NCBI RefSeq assembly: GCF_036588685.1
Contig: NC_086386.1
Location: forward strand, 52,204,001-52,268,000
Direction of reading: 5' to 3'
DNA: 64,000 nt
Source of the DNA: Mytilus trossulus
Lineage: Eukaryota
Part shown: piece by piece, positions 9,908 to 19,805 of the stretch
How the letters are laid out: every line of letters starts with the position of its first letter
Numbering within the stretch: the first letter of the stretch is position 1
Made by a program: the position numbers and the translations under genes
The notes under the pieces: model-generated
Database searches by the model: none
What the model was told of the DNA's origin: nothing
The model's input: only the letters and a program-made list of their open reading frames with translations

Positions 9908-12145
9908 ATGGATCCCAACAACACGGTTGTCAATTTATCCTCCGTCTCTTTATCTGAGGACGAAACTAAAGTCTTGTCCAAGGGTTTGAATTTTTGCCCT
10001 ACTCCCAATAACATAGATGATATGAAATTGGGAGATGACCTTGATAACTTTGCTAGAACCCTCAGAATCAAAGAATATTTTGGTAACAAGGATAAAGAGG
10101 TGGATAATGAGGAGGACACAGCCACGTCTGACTCGGAGGAAGAAATCATAATTCCGCATTTTAAAAAGAAGAGTTCATGGATTCCAAAACCTAGTAAATC
10201 TGCTACACTGGAAGATGTTATCGACAAAATCAAATCGGATGTTGTTCATCTAGCTAGCAACAAGTACTCGTCATTTTACAACACTTCTCCTGACGAGAAA
10301 AAAGCCATACAATCGCTGAGAAACCGAGATGATATTGTGATAAAACCAGCAGACAAGGGCAGTGCCGTTGTGATAATGGACAAAGCTAACTACATCGCGG
10401 AAGCAGTGCGTCAGCTCTCTGATGAGAGATTTTATAAGAAGCTAGACTATGACCCTACTTCCGAGTTTAGCTCCAAAATTATCACTGCGTTACAAACCAT
10501 GTACAATGACGGTCACATAGATGAGGATACAATTGGTTATTTAAAGCCAGAGAATGCCAAGCCTGGTCGATTGTATCTTCTTCCCAAAATACACAAGGTT
10601 AACAACCCTGGTAGACCCATTGTATCCGCAAACGGCCATCCGACTGAGAAAATCTCGGAATTCGTCGATTTTCATTTAAGATCTCATGTAGAAAATCTTC
10701 CTTCCCACATTCAAGACACTACAGATTATCTTCGTAAAATGGAATCCATGAACCCTCTTCCTCCGGAAACCCTCCTTGTCACTTTAGATGTCACCTCATT
10801 GTATACCAACATACCTCATGATGACGGCATACAATCTTGTAGGGAAATATGGGACTCGCGCAACATTTTAGAACCACCTACTGAATGTTTAGTCCAGCTG
10901 CTTACTCTGGTCCTGAAATGCAACAATTTCACCTTTAATGGTGAGCATTACCTTCAAATTAACGGGACAGCGATGGGGACGAAAATGGCACCGTCTTACG
11001 CCAATATTTTCATGGGCAAATTAGAAAAACAAATTATTGCAACATCTTTATCCAAACCTTTGTCTTGGTTCCGTTTCATTGATGATGTTGACATGAAATG
11101 GATTGAATCTCAACAAAAACTGGATGATTTCATCAGACATGCAAACAACGCCCACCATTCAATTAAATTTACGTATGAAATTTCCGACTCTAAGATATCT
11201 TTCTTAGACACAACCACATCTATAAAGGACGGTGTCATATCAACAGACCTCTACTGTAAACCCACAGATAAACATCAATACCTTTCTCCCCAAAGCTGTC
11301 ACCCAAAACACTGTACAAAAAGTATCCCGTACAGTCAAGCTCTCAGAGTCAAGCGGATTTGCTCCTCTGAGGAGGCTGTCACGAAACGGTTACAGGAACT
11401 TCGCGGATTTTTGACAAAACGAGGTTATAAGAAATTGGACATAGATAAGGGGTTTGCGCGCGCTAACAATAACAGCCGCAATGACCTCTTACAGTACAAA
11501 CAGAAGAGGCGCAGCAAAATAGTCCCGTTTGTTCTTACATACAATCCAGCCTTTAATAACCTTTCACGTTTGATCCGTGCCAATTGGCAAACTATTGCCA
11601 AACACCCTAAATTATCCAAGATCTTTCCTAATCCTCCTGTCTTAGCTTTTCGGAGACCAGCAAGTCTGAAAGACTTATTTGTTAGAGCTGACGTTTCCTC
11701 AAATAAAAGCTGTTCAACTGCAGGATGGTGCAAGTCATGTGGTAACAGACGTTGCCTGACTTGTCAACAAATACTGAATACTCAAACATTCACTTGCCAC
11801 TCGACTGGGTCTGTGTACACTATATATTGCAATGTAACTTGCAAAACCCAGAATGTTGTATACCTCCTTCAGTGTCGATGTGGCATGCAGTATGTTGGCG
11901 AGACAGAGCAGCCATTTAACAAACGCATGAATGGTCATCGAAGTGACTACACTTGCAAGCCCGACCTACCCGTAAGTCGTCATTTGAGATCACCTGGACA
12001 CACACAAGCTGATCTCAAAAACCTTACCATCACGATCATAGACCACAACGAGTGTTGGTCGAAGGTCGACAGAGTCGCTCGGGAAAGATTTTGGATAAGA
12101 AAGTTACGGACAGTCTCCCCAGAGGGCATAAATGAAAAAACATAG
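9908..12145 (+). CDS. PLE reverse transcriptase-GIY-YIG endonuclease polyprotein (right arm, probably 5'-truncated)
   Basis: Motifs: LSKGLNFCPTP, IKPADKG, RPIVS, LDVTSLYTNIP, GTAMGTKMAPSYA, WFRFIDD, thumb HPKHCTKSIPYSQALR, Cys linker CKSCGNRRCLTC, GIY-YIG NVVYLLQCRCGMQYVGET...RERFWI...GIN. The track start at 9764 is a TTG from the opposite arm. First ATG is 9908 (745 aa). Confidence 0.95.
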   Translation: MDPNNTVVNLSSVSLSEDETKVLSKGLNFCPTPNNIDDMKLGDDLDNFARTLRIKEYFGNKDKEVDNEEDTATSDSEEEIIIPHFKKKSSWIPKPSKSATLEDVIDKIKSDVVHLASNKYSSFYNTSPDEKKAIQSLRNRDDIVIKPADKGSAVVIMDKANYIAEAVRQLSDERFYKKLDYDPTSEFSSKIITALQTMYNDGHIDEDTIGYLKPENAKPGRLYLLPKIHKVNNPGRPIVSANGHPTEKISEFVDFHLRSHVENLPSHIQDTTDYLRKMESMNPLPPETLLVTLDVTSLYTNIPHDDGIQSCREIWDSRNILEPPTECLVQLLTLVLKCNNFTFNGEHYLQINGTAMGTKMAPSYANIFMGKLEKQIIATSLSKPLSWFRFIDDVDMKWIESQQKLDDFIRHANNAHHSIKFTYEISDSKISFLDTTTSIKDGVISTDLYCKPTDKHQYLSPQSCHPKHCTKSIPYSQALRVKRICSSEEAVTKRLQELRGFLTKRGYKKLDIDKGFARANNNSRNDLLQYKQKRRSKIVPFVLTYNPAFNNLSRLIRANWQTIAKHPKLSKIFPNPPVLAFRRPASLKDLFVRADVSSNKSCSTAGWCKSCGNRRCLTCQQILNTQTFTCHSTGSVYTIYCNVTCKTQNVVYLLQCRCGMQYVGETEQPFNKRMNGHRSDYTCKPDLPVSRHLRSPGHTQADLKNLTITIIDHNECWSKVDRVARERFWIRKLRTVSPEGINEKT

Positions 12146-12688
12146 AACGAGTCCCTCATTTTTCTGTGACCACCTGTTTTAAACAACGCCGGATTTAGTA
12201 CTGGCTTTACAGTTCGAAATTATTTTTAAAATTACCGTTTAAATTACAGGTTTTCATTGATTCGGGATGATGTATAAGTACGTTGCCACGTTCAATTATT
12301 TAAGCTCAATATACAAAACTTATTTTTTCAATCACTATTAGACTGCTATTCGTTTGGAAGGCTTTAATATGTAGTTTCCGTTGTAATTGCCCTGCCGTTG
12401 TCTAATTTATACCATCCTGGATCGGTAAGGACACTTTTGATTATTTTGATTTTTTTGTTTGAGGACTGCCCTCAATGCAGTTATTACATCTCAACTGTCA
12501 CATCCTTTGGAAATCTAAAGTTGTGCCATTTCACATCGTAAATAACTATTTTTATTTTTGGCATATTTCTGTAGTCTTTGCGGTGTGTTTGGAAATTTTA
12601 AAATTGTTCCAGCGTTCGCTTAAATTGTATAAATCAAGATTTTGATAGAGTCTCAATTTGAATTGACATGATTCATTTGACATCGTGC

Positions 12689-12729
12689 TATTATTGAAGA
12701 AGGATATCTGTTATCCGAAATATCTAATA
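12689..12729 (+). ncRNA. Minimal type-I hammerhead ribozyme variant in the PLE 3' UTR
   Basis: TATTA-TTGAAGA-A-GGATA(tctgt)TATCC-GAAA-TA-TC-TAATA: stem I TATTA/TAATA, stem II GGATA/TATCC, core UUGAAGA (C3U) and GAAA, palindromic AUAU helix III, predicted cut after AUC at 12724. Confidence 0.6.
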
Positions 12730-12808
12730 TTTGTATATTTTATAGTTATTTTATGGTGATGTTGTACCCTTTTTGACTTGTTATATATATATATATATAT
12801 ATATATAT

Positions 12809-14282
12809 TACTAATAAATCCAACATTTCCGGTATGAATAGTTTTAATTCACAGTACTTTCATGTTTAAATAACAATCTTCAGGTGAAACTATACATGAT
12901 TAACGTAACTATTTAACGGTAGGTATGTAACGTCATAGTTGTCGTTGAGTATATAAAGGGAGATAAATCGTATTACACTAAGTCTATATATAGAAGTATG
13001 GAGCGTCATTATTACACAATAGAAAATGCATAGTTTGCATTCAATCGTGATTTAAATTTTAAAATAAAATGTGTTTTCTTGACTTCTCGTGTAATGTCAC
13101 AACCAATATTCATTTTATAAAATGGGAATATTTAAAAAAATCCCCCTCCACATTCGTCTAAATGTTTGCTTAGGGGGATTTTTCTGTATTGTGGCTGCCT
13201 TATATGTTGTCTATGCATGCGCACTCTTTCTGTTACACTGTTCCCTGTTTTGTGGTTGCCGTTTACTTTGTAGAAGTGTTTCTGTATTTATTAAACGGCG
13301 CATATTTTAATCCTGACCTAGAATAGGTAAATTTGCCTTTGCAACGGGAATAATTTTAAAGTTCCGGGGATTATGTGTAATAACGAACGGTATTTTATCG
13401 TTGTTATTACTCTGCTCCTCGCAGGTGGAGCGTAGTTGGTTGGTTGGGATCTGTTTTGCCATTTGAATTCCTCTTTCTATTAAAGGCTCTGGATAGTTTT
13501 GCTTGATCAAAAATAATTGTAGTTCCTCTAGACGGTCTTCTCTCAAATGTTCATCCTCGACTACTGTACATATTTTTCTTGCTAAACAATAGGGGATATT
13601 CCTATTGGTATGAGATGGGTGGCACGAATTAAAATCTAAATACTGATGAGCATGATGAGTATCAGTACCTTTGTAAAAAATATCTGTTTCAATTTCAGTG
13701 CCATCTTTAATAACAAGAATGTCTAGAAACGGTAATTGGTTGAAATTTTCATCCTTCGTAAACTTTATGGAGGTATGAAGGTTATTTAGTATGTCCGAAA
13801 ATAGTTCTTCGTCGGATTTGTTCCAGATAATGAAGCAATCATCAAGGTATCTTTTCCATGATAATTCAAATTCTCTTGCAAATTAAACTCCAAAATTATT
13901 TTCAACTTCTTGATACAGTCTTTGTTCAAGGAAGCCCATGACTAATGTTGCATAGGTTGGTGCAAATTTTGTTCCCATTGCTGTCCCCCGATGTTGCAAA
14001 TAGTTCTTGCCATTGAAATAGCAAGAAGTGTTTTCAAGAATTAGTTTAGTAGAATCGAGTATAAAGTCAACACTGAATCGATTTGGTATTGCATCTCGAT
14101 GTTTTGCAACCCAATATTGTATTGCCTCTATTCCTAAATTGTGTGGAATTTTCGTATATAGGCTTGTGACATCGAAGCTTACTAAACGAGCGTGAACCGG
14201 TGCTATTTTTGGCAGGTGTGAGAGAAAATCTATATCGTCTCTTATATAGCTCGGTACATATTTACATAATGGTTTCAAAATT
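12809..14282 (-). pseudogene. Second, decayed 5'-truncated PLE (RT + GIY-YIG remnant) of a different family
   Basis: FDVTSLYTKIP, GTAMGTKFAPTYA, KIPFVITHNP and a C-terminal PLSKHLDECG...FILKFKSRLN, with stops, frameshifts and a deletion. TA-rich sequence on both flanks. Confidence 0.85.
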
Positions 14283-15480
14283 ATATATATAATTATATAA
14301 GTAAAACAGTAGGTTTTAACACGGTACTTTGCCTTTGCATAAATTATATCCTCATCTGAATAATGGAATTCGTGTAGCATATTAAACACAATGAATTAAA
14401 AGGATTATCAACTAACGCAACGAATTGAAACAATTGTTATTCATGTGACTTGGTACAAGTATTTCCCGAGGAAAAGGTTATATAGCTAGCTAAACCTTTC
14501 AATTTGAATGACAATTGATTACAGTGCAGTTACGTTGACAACATTTGGTGAGGAACCTAAACATACATAACAGGCTGAATGTGGTAATTATTAGGACCTA
14601 GCAGCAACAAAATGTGTAAAAATACATCACAGACATCAATAACAAAAATCGAGTATGTTTAAGATTGAAAAAAATAGGTCAAGTACAGGTCGAGAATAGG
14701 TTAAAACTGTTTCAGACAGGTCGAATAATGCGATGGTATAGTTAGACTTTTTTCAATGGCGTAAAGGGTTAGGTACAAATCAGTACAGTCAAGTAGTGTT
14801 AAGTCTAAGATACGAGAAGATAGCCTTTAGAAAATTCTTTGACAATACCAACAGAAAAAAACAGTATCATCGTATGTTTGAACTTTGAAACTATAAGTAT
14901 GATCTACATCGTTAAAAGCTTACACTTTAATATGTACTACACTAAAAATAAAACATAAATCGCTTGAACTGTGCATGATACAAACATGTTTTTTGCATGT
15001 ATAAGCATTCATGCGCAAAGCATGCGTTTACAATATATGTGGCACATGCATATTTATACGCGCGAACAGGGCATGTGAAGACCTTGCATTTTACTCATAC
15101 TTCTTATTACACTCTTGTTGCTTGATTCACACATGTACATTTTGTAAAAGCATCATGCGATTTTGACATACTTCATAATTGTATCGCATGACTTGTGCAA
15201 GTGTTGGCTTGTCTGCGTATCTTGTACGTGGCACTTTCACCCTAGTACGATGGCATATTGTTGGTAAATTCTAAATGTATGTCATTTGTTGGAGATATAT
15301 AGGACCATTTCACTATAAATGTTGAATCACGGTATTAAATTAAAACTAACCATACTTCTAAAATAACAAAAATAACCGTGTATTCCTTCTTGTTTTTTGG
15401 CAATTTTAAAATCAAATCCCTGTCAATGTATTTTTCAATTTAGTGTGGTTCTTCTCATGCGATTGCTTACATATATAAAA

Positions 15481-16040
15481 ATAAAGATGTGGTATGATTG
15501 CTAATGAGACAACTGTCCACAATAGACCCAAATGACATAGACTTTAACAAATATAGGTAACCATACGGCCTTCAACAAAGCCTATATCGCATAGTCAGCT
15601 ATCAAAGACCCCGATATGACAATGTAAAAAAAAATCAAACTTGAAAACTAACGGCCTTATTTATATAAAAAAAATGAACGAAAAACAAATAAGTAACACA
15701 TAAATAAACGACAACCACTGATTTAAGGCTCCTGACTTAGGACAGGCACATACATAAATAATGAGGCAGGGTTAAACATGTTAGTGGGATTCCAACCCTC
15801 CCTTAAACTGGGACAGTGGTATAACAGTACAGCATAAGAACTCATAAACTATGAACATCAGATGAAAGGCTTCACTCATCAGATGAACAAAAATACAATT
15901 GGACGTGGCCGGGTACTTGAACATCCCAACAACAAAAAGATACTAGGAACAGATCTGAGAGTACTCACAGTTATCTGACAGCTAGTTCAAAGCAGCTTAC
16001 AACTAATACAAAAATCATGCATCTAAGATTTAACTATGCA
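15481..16040. repeat. High-copy interspersed repeat starting AAGATGTGGTATGATTGCCAATGAGACAAC
   Basis: The same head recurs at ~32290, 33800, 40746, 41170, 47296 and 53214, and inverted at ~3460-3515 and ~24760-24830. Confidence 0.7.
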
Positions 16041-16870
16041 TGTTGCTGCTGTATATTCTTACACTCAACACCTCCTACCGAAAGATGCAGATAAGATTAC
16101 ATGTATGATCGTTGACTAAAGGAGAAATGGGAAGTTACAGCAAGTTGATTAGTATGCTTACCCCAAAAGAACCTCATTTACCGCTTATCTTTTTGTTTTT
16201 AATTTGATTTTTATTGTTCCTGGTCATTCGCTGGTTACAATTATTGCTTTCTTCAATGATCTTAGTGATTGTTTTGCTAACATTGTAACAGTTTAGCATC
16301 ATATCTGTTTCAGTTAATTTCTATGTCGCAAATTTATGAACAGCGCTCGAAGTTCAGATAAAATGCATATATTATTGAATAATTACATTAGATGTATGTT
16401 TCATTATAATACGTTATTCTGATTGGATCACTGCACATCACGTGTTATTCCGTAAGCATGTATCTGTTTTAAGCATGTCTTAAGTTTCGCCTAGAATAAT
16501 AGTTCGTTCAATTAACGAAAATCTAGTCCTGGTATTGTGTTCATCAGACAAGGTGCTTCAGATGCATCAATTGAGTATTGTGATTTTTCCAGAAAATAAA
16601 ACAAAAGTAAATGGTGAGTCTTTTAAAACTATATTGAACAAATGTTGAATACTTTGTAACTAGTACACTATTTTGAATTATTCCGTTAACTCAGGCGACC
16701 AATTCATACAAACATTACCGATATGTCTATCCTATTAACGAAATGTGTCATGTACTTACAGTTGTATAAAGGTACACACTGCATCTGTATTAATAATAAG
16801 ATTATTTTATTACAAGGATAACAAATTCGAAACTTTCAACTGGCAGACTCTATTGTATTTGTTGTACAAA

Positions 16871-17622
16871 TTATATAGTCTTTCTTTTTGAAGCCAATGA
16901 TGTGCCTTTGGACTGTTTTAGGTTTTTGTCAAGCAGATCATCTGTAGGATAAATTGGATTGTTTACTAGTACTCCTCCGTAAATTTGATTTCCAACACTT
17001 TTCGCACTAATAAGTCTGTCATAGCACACTGATCTATTAATGCCATCGTAAGCGGGTTCATCGTAAACCTTTTCTGTCATTTTTTTCTTGTTTGAAAACA
17101 ATGTTCCTTTATTTTCCGACATTTTGTTGAACCAATTGCGCTCTGCAAGAAACATTGGCCTTAAATAACCATCGGAATATTTATTTCCTTCTTCTTTTTG
17201 TATATTTTGATCCTTTATAATTTTTTCTAGACTATGTCGTTGTCTTCGTTGACTTGTTTTTTGGGCTGGTTCAGACTGAGTAGAAAATATTGCCATTGCA
17301 ATACTTCTGGGAGTATCTTTGGTGTCCATCGTATAACATTGACTATCCGTTAAGTCTAAGTAGGAGCTATGTAATGACGGTCTGACGGATGACAGTGCAA
17401 CAGTTTTTGACATAGCTGTTTCGTCTATTTCGTCATACACACCTTCACTTCTCTCTTCAATGTGATGTGGTCCAACCTTATCTGCTTGTATTTGCTCATT
17501 TTGAAGTGGCATTACTAATATCCTTCTTTGTCTTTTTTGACAAACATGCCAGAATCCAAGAAAAACGAGTAGCCCAATAAAAATGATAACGGCAAAAAGT
17601 ATAATTTCCCGTGATGTAATCG
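16871..17622 (-). CDS. EGF-like receptor gene, last exon: transmembrane helix + Tyr-rich cytoplasmic tail
   Basis: Acceptor TTTTTCAG, phase 1. Encodes ITSREIILFAVIIFIGLLVFLGFWHVCQKRQRR followed by the 213-aa track ORF. Confidence 0.85.
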
Positions 17623-18365
17623 CTGAAAAAAGGATTTTATAAACCTATACTCATAGTTTAGTCAAATTTTTTCCAATCATCATGGATAAATGAGATGTTG
17701 TTGATATCATGAGGATTAAATCATCTGTCATTGAATAAAAATATTTTCATATAATAAAGCATTCTTCAAAACGCTCAATAAACATCATTAATATAAAAAT
17801 TATTGTAACATTTTTATATATATGTTTATGATTTATTCTGTACACATTTAATAATTTTTCATGATCTTGTCGCATATTAACCGTTATAAGCTTACATTCA
17901 CTGTTTTGGTATACAAATTGAACAATCCTACAAGACTTCTTCTTTCTTGACGTTAAAAACCAACATGGTTAAAACATTCTGTACTATTACTGTGTCCAAG
18001 CTTTGCAGGCAAGGATTTGCTAACGCTACATTTCTCTTTCTGTTTTAAGACTTTTCAGATTACTCAGTAAGATTTGGGTTTCATCAGATTTTCCACAGTA
18101 ATATTAAAATATATCAACAACAAATTGGACTAATAGTTATCTACGACATGTCGCAGGTAAGGTTGGATGAAAGGGTATGTATTCAGTCAATATGAGTTGT
18201 CTCTCCTCTTATATTTCGAATTAATTGTATGGGGTTCAAATTAATCACTATACCTAAAAGAGAACATTGATCTTTTGAGTTGAGGTCCTTGCTTTATAAT
18301 TATAATATTAAGTTTAAGTTTTCTTTGACACATACCCATTTTCAAAACAAAAGGGACATACTCAC

Positions 18366-18422
18366 AAATTAAAATGTCACCTGCTTCTTCGCTTGCTATA
18401 TAAACGGTGCTTCTCTCATAAT
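18366..18422 (-). CDS. EGF-like receptor gene, putative stalk exon 5
   Basis: Poly-T + TAG acceptor, encodes DYERSTVYIASEEA(GDILI). Two in-frame phase-1 donors: after 18381 (GTGACA) or after 18366 (GTGAGT). Confidence 0.55.
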
Positions 18423-18584
18423 CTATAAAAAAAAAACTAATTATGTTTTGTTTGTCATCCCCGAATAAATATAACATTAACGTGTTTATTATTTTGAATA
18501 ATGAGTTGACGTTGACAACCGGGTAATGATGTGATATAAAAGATAATTTGAAAAGTACAAATTAATTTTACTGTATTATGACAG

Positions 18585-19805
18585 AGGGGCGAAAGATAAC
18601 TAAAGGACAGTCAAACTCATAAATCTAAAATAAACTGACAACGCCATGGCTAAAACGAAGAAGACAAACACACACACAATAGTACACATGACACAATATT
18701 GAAAACTAAAGAATACACAACACGAACCCCAAGGGTAGGCAGATCCTGCTCCACATGTGTCACCCATCGTGTTGCTTACGTAATAACAAATCCGGTAAAT
18801 AGTCTAATTCGGCAGTCAGGGGCATTACTTAAACAAGTATTTTTTTTTAGTTACTTACATTTGTATATAGGTAATTTTTGGTTTAAAATATTATAAAATT
18901 ACTCAATAGAGTTATTTTAAATTTCAATACAAGCGTGGACTTTCATGAATGTTTATAGCATTTTATATCATAACATGAAGAACTTATTAGATCTAGGAGG
19001 AGTATAGAGATAAAGGGTAACTTTAAAAATAATGACAAAAATATTACTTGAATTAGTTATTTTATACATCTTTGAAAGAATTAGTAATAAAACTCATGTA
19101 AGGAACATATGTAATTGTTTTGGGTTACAAATTATAAATAACATCAAGTCTTAATTAATTCACAAGTTTGAATTATTACATGTATATCTGTCTATCTTCA
19201 AGATTGGCGAAGAAAATTATATTTTAATAGTCCCAAGAGACCAATCTTTGACCCAAACGCGTCGATATGACAGATAAGTGCGTCAGAAAGGCAGTTAGTG
19301 TTTCAGAAAGATTACATTTTATATTTCATGGAAAAAATAACCAGATGACCGTGAAAATTTGCTAAAGCTATTAAAGCCTGTATAGTAGGACACCTATAAA
19401 AATAATATTTAGAAAAGTTACTTGTATAAGTAATATTCAAAATAGCCTCGTTTTCAACATTACTTGTATAGGTAATTTAAAATGTTTCTTGTTTAAGTAA
19501 TGCCCCTGACTGTTCGGTAGGTCACATTAATGAAAAAGAAGGGGATTGTAGTTTATACGACGAAAGGAACATATCGGATATCTTTGTGTAAATGGTTATT
19601 CCATAACGGTCAACCAACTCGTTATGGCGTCTGTAAAATTTACGAAGGGTTGATTTCAACTTCACCATTTGGAACTCTTGGTTTAAAAGCTTCCTTGTGA
19701 ACAGCAACCCTTAATCAAGAAATTCTTATAGGAAATGCAAGCACGGGAATATCGTATCAATTGGGAGATATATATCCCGTACATGTATGCTGGTGCTGCT
19801 GGAAC
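18585..19805 (-). pseudogene. PLE-type RT C-terminal/3' fragment split by a MITE
   Basis: ISQLIRYSRAC-like and RKLLNQEFQMVKLKSTLRKFY..H thumb motifs at 19520-19800. The host sequence rejoins across the TTCGG duplication. Confidence 0.7.
18813..19512. mobile_element. 700-bp MITE with 25-bp perfect TIR and 5-bp TSD
   Basis: TIR CAGTCAGGGGCATTACTTAAACAAG, with TSD TTCGG at 18808-18812 and 19513-19517. Confidence 0.92.

Larger units (their letters stand above)
6718..12788. mobile_element. Head-to-head palindromic Penelope-like retroelement insertion (Neptune/Naiad-type domain order)
   Basis: Arms 6799-9789 and 9798-12788 pair with a constant coordinate sum of 19587. Spacer ACAGATCA, extra 3' tail 6718-6798 on the left arm only, and (TA)n on both flanks. 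Confidence 0.95.

Noticed and set aside
9354-10233. Two mirrored 211-aa ORFs crossing the palindrome centre
   Set aside because: Antisense frames of the PLE N-terminus with TTG starts and low-complexity Ser/Leu content. A by-product of the symmetry.
6799-12788. Palindrome as a pure sequencing/assembly fold-back artefact
   Set aside because: Disfavoured but not excluded: symmetry stops exactly at the element/(TA)n boundary, the flanks are unique, and an independent miniature has the same architecture.
12815-12870. Possible hammerhead at the 3' end of the second PLE (minus strand ATGAAAGTAC...TACCGGAAATGTTGG)
   Set aside because: No intact CUGANGA core and the stems are not convincing.
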